A stretch of DNA of 64,000 nucleotides, from NCBI GenBank assembly GCA_020891255.1, contig BQFW01000004.1:2356001-2420000 (forward strand), given 5' to 3'. Position 1 is the first letter of the stretch; the number at the start of each line of letters is the position of its first letter. Below are positions 58,125-64,000 of this stretch, piece after piece. The notes below the pieces were generated by a model, which saw nothing but the letters and a program-made list of their open reading frames with translations, did no database searches and was not told the origin of the DNA. Origin of the DNA: Entomortierella parvispora E1425. Taxonomy: Eukaryota; Fungi; Mortierellomycota. A program made the position numbers and the translations under genes.

Positions 58125-61100
58125 TCACTTGGTCCCGTTCATCTGCTGCTGCTGTTGAATATGAAGCTGTTGATGCTGGAGTTGTTGTTGTTGTTGTTGT
58201 TGTTGTTGCTGTTGCTGAAGCTGTTGCAGCTGTTGCTGTTGAAGCTGCTGGACACCAGAGTCAGTGCGAATTTCATTCACAAAACTCCAGTCTTCGTCAT
58301 CCAAAAAGTCCAACTGGAGGTTGTCCAGTCCGGGGATTGATTGCTGGAGACGCTGCAATTGCATCTGCTCTTGCTCCATCAGCTTCAACTGCAGTCGCTG
58401 CTCTTCTTCCATTCCTTCTCGGAATCGACGACGCATGCTTAGCCGTTGCTGCATCTGAAGTGCCAACTGCTGTTGTTGCTTCAGCAAATTCTCGTCGTTT
58501 CGCTGATTTGGAAGACCAAATTGCTGCTGCTGTGGCTGTTGTGGCTGTTGCTGTTGTTGCTGTTGCTGCTGTTGTTGTTGGAGATAGAGTTGCTGTTGCT
58601 GTTGGGCATAGGCGGCCACACTCAATGGACCACTACCGCCGCTACTGCCAGATCTCTGCATTGAGAGCAAACTCATCGTTTGAGCTTGACCAAAGCCCGT
58701 GCCTCCAATACTGTTCAATGACATGTCTGAACTACCTCCGCCCATGCCCATATCCATGGCCATGTTCATGTTCATGTTCATGGCCGACATGCCGACTCGG
58801 TTTCCGGTGCCTGTGGTCTGTCTCAATAAAGAGCCAAGCTCAACCTCCTCCTTGCCTAACTTTGCCTGTGACTCGCCCACAAACTGACACATGTCCCGGA
58901 AGCACTCTGAGCAGTCCACTGTTGGACGACCGCAGCCGCAACCGCAGATGAGGGCACCATTGTCACCAACAAGGGTGGGATGTTGCATCTTGGCGGCGCC
59001 GAATCCTCCCAGTCCAAGCTCATTAAATCCTTGCTTGAGCACCTCTCGTGCTTCATAATCCACTGTACCACCGCTTTGCTGATTGTGTTGAATTAAGTTC
59101 AGCGCCGCCGTCAAGTTCAATGCTTGCTCGCGAGTAATTGTTTTTTCGTTGCTGTCATCGATATACCCATCGAGACCGTTATCCAACAGAGTCATGTCGC
59201 TCGACAAGCCCAGGTTCTTTTCCGATCCACAGCAGGAAGACGACTGAGACAAGCCGTTCACGTTGAGCGTGCCAAAATCCAAGCCGAGTCCAGGGTTGAG
59301 TATGTTTTGGTTGTTGGGATAGGCCAGACATCCAGGACAAGCACATTGCTCGCCACAGCAGCACATACTAGCAGAGATGGCACATCCGCAGCCCTCGATA
59401 CCGGCTGGAAGCTCGTCATCTCCGAGTTCGCCTCTGCCAGCAGAAGGCGTTTCTGAAGCAGCGTTCGACCCCATGGGTGATGGAACAGCTTCCTGTCTGG
59501 CTGCGGCTCCAACACTGCCTGTCGATGCCGGGGCTGGCGAAGAGTAAGACCGAGCGGGGGGGGAAGGAACGCTGGGCGAGGATGAGTTTGACGTCGAAAA
59601 GGTTGAAAGAGCCGAATATAACATGCGAATTTCGTCGGCAGAGGAGCTCTCCATTGGGTTCAGTGCAGTGGTTCCGTTCATAATTCCATCCATGATCCTT
59701 CTCGAGTCAGAGGGGCTTAGAAGCTCCATCATCTCATCCATGTCATCCGAGGCATTGCTGACGGGGTAGCTCGACAGCGACTCGGAGTAGCTAGAGACCG
59801 AATCTGGATAGTTGGAATATGACTCTGGAAAGTACGAGTATGAAGATGTCTGTTGGTAATGATCGCTATCATAGTCCGAAGAGCTGGCATAGTCAAAGCA
59901 GAGGTTGGTCTGCGGCAGGTAGCCGTGTTGACTACCCACGGACGACGACAGGGGCGAATCTGCATTGTTGACATTTGCAGCCGAGGACAATGACTGGATG
60001 AAGAGAGGCGACGCTCCACCGTGATGGGATCCAGAGCCGCTTCCATTTCCGTGTTGCAGATGGCCGTCTGGGCTATGAACGATCTGCCCGTTGTGTCCAT
60101 GCGAATTAAAAGGGAGAGGTGAGGCAGAATCCCGAGGGAAGAGGAGAGTTCCTGACTTGCCGAGATCCAGCGACGCAGCGCTACGGGGTCGGTTCGAGCC
60201 AAAGTTCTTGAGGGCCGATCCCGAGGCACGACTTTTGGGTTTGACATGTCCTGAGTCACGAGGGTGGCAGTTGGCACAGGTCATACCATCGGTACATCCA
60301 CAGGATGGCGCAGTGCCTACAAGAGTATATTGAGGCGATATTGTTAGTATTCCTGTCAGACGATGATTTGTATCAATCAGGGAGGGGGGCACACAGAGTT
60401 AGAGCGATGGGCAGGATAAGGAGTGGATAGGAGGGATCGTCATCGATGAAGAATGCACCAACGGAGAGCCAGCACCAGAGCGGAGCAGATCCAGTTGGGC
60501 GGAAGCAAAAAAGAAAATTGAAACGAACCTCCGGCTGCTAATGAAGTGTCCGAGGACTCGCCCTGGTTGGAGGTCGAGCGGACAAGGCCTTCGCCGCCGA
60601 TGGTCGCAGGTACGGACACCCGGCCGTCGTGGCTGAGCGACTTTGTGCGCTTGAGTCCGTTGGCGACTGCTGCCGATCCTATTGCCAGAAAAGGGTGGAG
60701 GTCAGCTCAGTCATTCAATAAAGAAGGAAAGACACACAAGGCCAATCCGGCAAATAGAGTCCAGTCAGGCTGCGTGGCAGCCGCCCACTCTCCCTTCGTC
60801 TGCCCTGGGGCGGACACTATCATTCGCTGCTCCCTGTTTCGATCCCACCTGGTCCTTGCTCCGTACCTTCTTCCCGCCCGCAGATACACCGGACATGGAC
60901 CTGCTTGGCCTTGCGCAACTCCTTGCAGTGTGGGCACTGTGTCGAGGGGCGGCCCTTCTTCTTGATCTCGTGCAGAGGGCGTTCACTATAGTGGAAGGAG
61001 AAGCGATTGGGACGGATGAGAAATCAGAAACGGATGCTGTGCTTGAGATGCACCTGTCCAGACTGTCCATGTGCGTCTTTTTTTTTTTTTTTTCTTGTTT

Positions 61101-61320
61101 TTTTCTTTTTCCTCCAGTGTTCATGACATACCCGTGGTTGCATGTGGTTGAGCGATGGCCCTTGATGCAGGTGGCACTAAGAGACAGGGCAAGGAGATTG
61201 ATGTTCGGATCAGTCAAGGATGGCACAAACGAGCTGTGGCCACAAAGAAAAGGCGTCCCCCCCCCGGAAGGCATGCCTCTGCTCTTACCAGGCAAACTTT
61301 TGTCCGTTAACAAACACCAT
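58125..61320 (-). CDS. Copper-fist transcription factor (Ace1/Mac1/Cuf1 family), about 845 aa. Exons 61320..61289, 61176..61132, 60985..60867, 60678..60529, 60316..58125
   Basis: The spliced N-terminus MVFVNGQKFAC/ATCIKGHRSTTCNHG/ERPLHEIKKKGRPSTQCPHCKELRKAKQVHVRCICG is the copper-fist signature, including the KGRP motif. Downstream are Cys clusters and polyQ. All phases are consistent. Confidence 0.93.
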
Positions 61321-61807
61321 GATGAGGGTATGGACCAGGCGGTGGTGGTGTGGTGGTGGAAGTGGTGGAGAAGGAGGATGTGGCGAAGTAAAAGGAGGGT
61401 GTATGCGTTTGGATGTTCCTATTGCTTTTTTTGCTTTTTGCTTTTGGCTGCGTCGGTCAGGTTGTGTTGCTGCAGTCTGAGGCGTCTATTAATGGTGTAT
61501 CGGGGTGGAGTGGCGGTTCTCCTCGGTTGTGTGTTCTAGAAGACCTGAATCAAACTCATGCAAGGCAGATCTGGATGGGGAAGACGGGGTGTCGGGCTGG
61601 ATGTCGAGAAGGATTTTTTTTTTTTTTCAAGGGACAAGAGCGAGAAAAGAGAAAGAGAGACCAAGCGACTACAGGGCAGAGAAGCGCATGTGAATCAGGT
61701 CGAAAACAAAGAAGGGGATGACTGGATTGGGTTCAGGACAGAACAGGGGCCAGGGTAGAGTCGCAAGAGACGAGAGAGAAAGGGATATGAGAGGAAGTAT
61801 GTACGCA

Positions 61808-61874
61808 GAGCGACAATGAGGGACAATGAGCGACAATGAGCGACAATGAGCGACAATGAGCGACAATGAGCGAC
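61808..61874 (+). repeat. 10-bp tandem repeat GAGCGACAAT, 6 full units (one has a C>G change) plus 7 nt
   Basis: Counted directly; it lies about 490 bp upstream of the copper-fist ATG. Confidence 0.95.
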
Positions 61875-62180
61875 GAAACAAAAGAGAAGGCCAAGAGAAG
61901 GACGGACAGCGGAGAAGAGCGATGAGACGTGGGGAAGAAAGAGAGCAAGAGAGAAAGAGAGAAGGAGCGGTGTCGGATCAGTTCTGTTTATGCCAGTGTC
62001 AGTCGGGTCAGTGGGTCAGTGGACCAGTCTGTCTGTCTGTCTGTCAAGGGAAGAGAGGTTGGGAAGATAGGGAAGGAGAGAAGGAGAACAAGAAGGAGAA
62101 GAGGAAGAGGGGTAAAGAAGGGGGCAAGGCAGGGTATCGATTGAAGTGAACCAGATGGACTGTGACAGGCTGGGTGGCTA

Positions 62181-62255
62181 TCTGTCTGTCTGTCTGTCTG
62201 TCTGTCTGGCTGGCTGGCTGGCTGGCTGGCTGGATGGCTGGTTGGATGGATGGCT
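62181..62255 (+). repeat. Compound tetranucleotide microsatellite (TCTG)n-(GCTG)n-(GATG/GTTG)n
   Basis: Read directly from the sequence. Confidence 0.85.
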
Positions 62256-63721
62256 GTCAGACGCCCACCCGCTCGCTCGTTCGCTCGCCATTCCTTCAGG
62301 GCGGATCCTTGCTCTGTTCTGTTCTCTGTTTCTCCCACTCCAGTCAGTGCTGTCGTGCAACCACGGACAGCCAGCGCCCTTTCGTCGGATGGTTGGTTGG
62401 TTGGTTGGTTGCTGGGAAGGAGATACGCTGTACTGTACCTCTCCTTTGCTGGATACAGTAGGGTGGACCTTGATCGTCTCTGCTCTCCGCCCTGTTCTCC
62501 AAAGTCTGTTTTCATTACTCGACCATCGCCCGTCTCCGACCTGGAGACAACAAGTCATCTGCCAGGCACCCAAACTAACTGACCTCTCGGTCCCTCCTTC
62601 AAACAAAACGCGAGCAAAGTCGAGGGAGCAGTGGACACCATCAGCCACAGGAACAGAGATGCACGATATTAGTCTGCCTGCCCTGTCCCTCGTGCTCCTC
62701 GGTCATGGCATGCATTCCCCCCCTTCTCCAAACAGTACCCCTCTTTGCGCTCTCTTCTCCCCCCTCGCCCTTTCACTTTCTTTCTTTTTTTGCTCCTTCG
62801 AACGTGTGGTCATCTCTTTCCTTTGACTGTCTCAACCTCGATGCTGTAGCGGGTCAGAAGATTTGGTCCGCTCTGCCCGTCTCCTTCGCTCTCCTTCCTT
62901 TTGCATGCCTAGCTTTGTTGAACTGGTTGGCCCCTCCTGTCATTCATCGACCTCATCAACTGTCGCCGTGCAAACTATTTCTCCCTCCCTCAGGATCCAG
63001 CACGGAGCAATAAAGTAAAAAAAATCAAATGAATAGAAACTTTGTTGACGTCTTGTTGTTGTGAAATCGATTTTGCTAGAGGACTTTGCTGAGAACGACC
63101 GATCAAGAGGAGGGAGGAGTTCAGTAAGGCAAGTGGAAAACAAAGCGATCGCTCTCGCGTGTTTTTTTTGAAGAGCTTTTTGTCTCTCGTTCAAACTGCA
63201 TCCGGGACAAAATGGAAGACCGTCGTTTGTTCGTCCGTTTGTTCGTTCTTTTTTTTCGTATGTACGTTGTGCAATGGTTTTGTTTGGTAACGGTTCCTGG
63301 ACAAAAAAGTCCGCTCTGGTTTTATAGACGAAAGAACTCCAAGAGCGCGGTGCATGTTCATGACCTCCTCTATCTCCAACTTCAAGGGGTGCGCAGGTTT
63401 CTTTCCTCCTGCCAAGGCGCAGAAACTCCAGGAATTGGAGGAAAAGAGCGAGGGATTTTCTTTTTTCTTTTTTTTTTTGCCCTCTGTCCTCCCTTGGCGA
63501 TCACCAATCTCTTTCACTTTTCCGAGTTCCTTCTTCCTTTTCAGTTTCTTTTCTAACTGTCTTCGTTCTTCTGTTCAGAAAAAAATCGCGCGTTCTGGAC
63601 GCTAAAAGTTGATATGCTTAAAAATGCCTCACTTTTTTTTTTTTTTTTGCTTCTTGTCCCACCTCTTTCTCATATATTGATGAGGTGCAGGTTTCTTGAT
63701 TGCTCGTGCTTTTCAGTTTTT

Positions 63722-64000
63722 TTATGTTGTCCGACACACACCCAGACCAATATTCATCATCGGACTTTCAGTCCCGTTTGGTTGTCCAACGTTGTTTGGT
63801 GACCCTACCCCGGACAGCCCAGCAGCGGAACCTTTTATTTGCTTCGGGGGAGAAATGGGCGGAGAGTTGAGTACCGGTACTGCAGGTTGGGCGTCCGCGA
63901 CCCTGATGTCATCCAAACAAAGTATAGTTAACATCTTCTGCCACAAGCGACAACGCGTCCACATTTGTCGCCTACTGGGTCTACGTACATTCGCTCAAAG
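63722..64000 (-). CDS. Possible 3' end of a gene extending beyond the window. Exons >64000..63989 and 63902..63722; product unknown
   Basis: Donor AT/GTACGT at 63988, branch GTTAAC and acceptor ATCAG give an in-phase ...FERM/VADAQPAVPVLNSPPISPPK...VCRTT*. No recognisable domain. Confidence 0.4.

Noticed and set aside
58049-58951. 300-aa plus-strand ORF rich in V/A
   Set aside because: It is the antisense shadow of the polyQ-encoding CAG/CAA tracts of the copper-fist gene.
1-64000. tRNA, rRNA, snRNA, riboswitch, CRISPR or intact transposon
   Set aside because: A visual scan found no matching consensus, repeat-spacer array, TIR/LTR pair or transposase ORF. An Infernal/Rfam and tRNAscan run would be needed to exclude small RNAs.

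Overview
Eukaryotic, intron-containing fungal genomic DNA. GT-AG introns with CTRAC/CTAAT branch sites, long poly-A/T intronic tracts, polyQ-rich transcription factors and the gene content suggest Mucoromycota, probably Mortierellaceae (inference, not a database result). I could splice together about 15 protein-coding genes by hand with consistent exon phases. In order: the 3' part of a Snf2/Sth1-type remodeler ATPase with a bromodomain, a 12.5-kb gene-free stretch, an HSF-type transcription factor with two consecutive 18-nt microexons, a Ubl+BAG co-chaperone, an MscL-like gene that appears to lack TM1, a multi-KH RNA-binding protein, a predicted pseudokinase-ankyrin fusion, a membrane-anchored BAG-like protein with nested repeats, a winged-helix+SET protein, a PP4-type phosphatase, a malate dehydrogenase ending in a PTS1, a large intracellular LysM protein, two tandem GPI-anchored chitin deacetylases, a small GPI-anchored wall protein and a copper-fist transcription factor. 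A possible further gene end lies at the right edge. I found no tRNA, rRNA, CRISPR array or intact mobile element. Most ORFs in the supplied track are shadow or low-complexity ORFs. No single clearly new multi-gene system is demonstrable from the sequence alone. The best leads are the half-MscL gene, the pseudokinase-ANK, the TM-BAG-repeat protein, the WH-SET fusion, the HSF microexons and the LysM/CDA/GPI/copper-fist neighbourhood.
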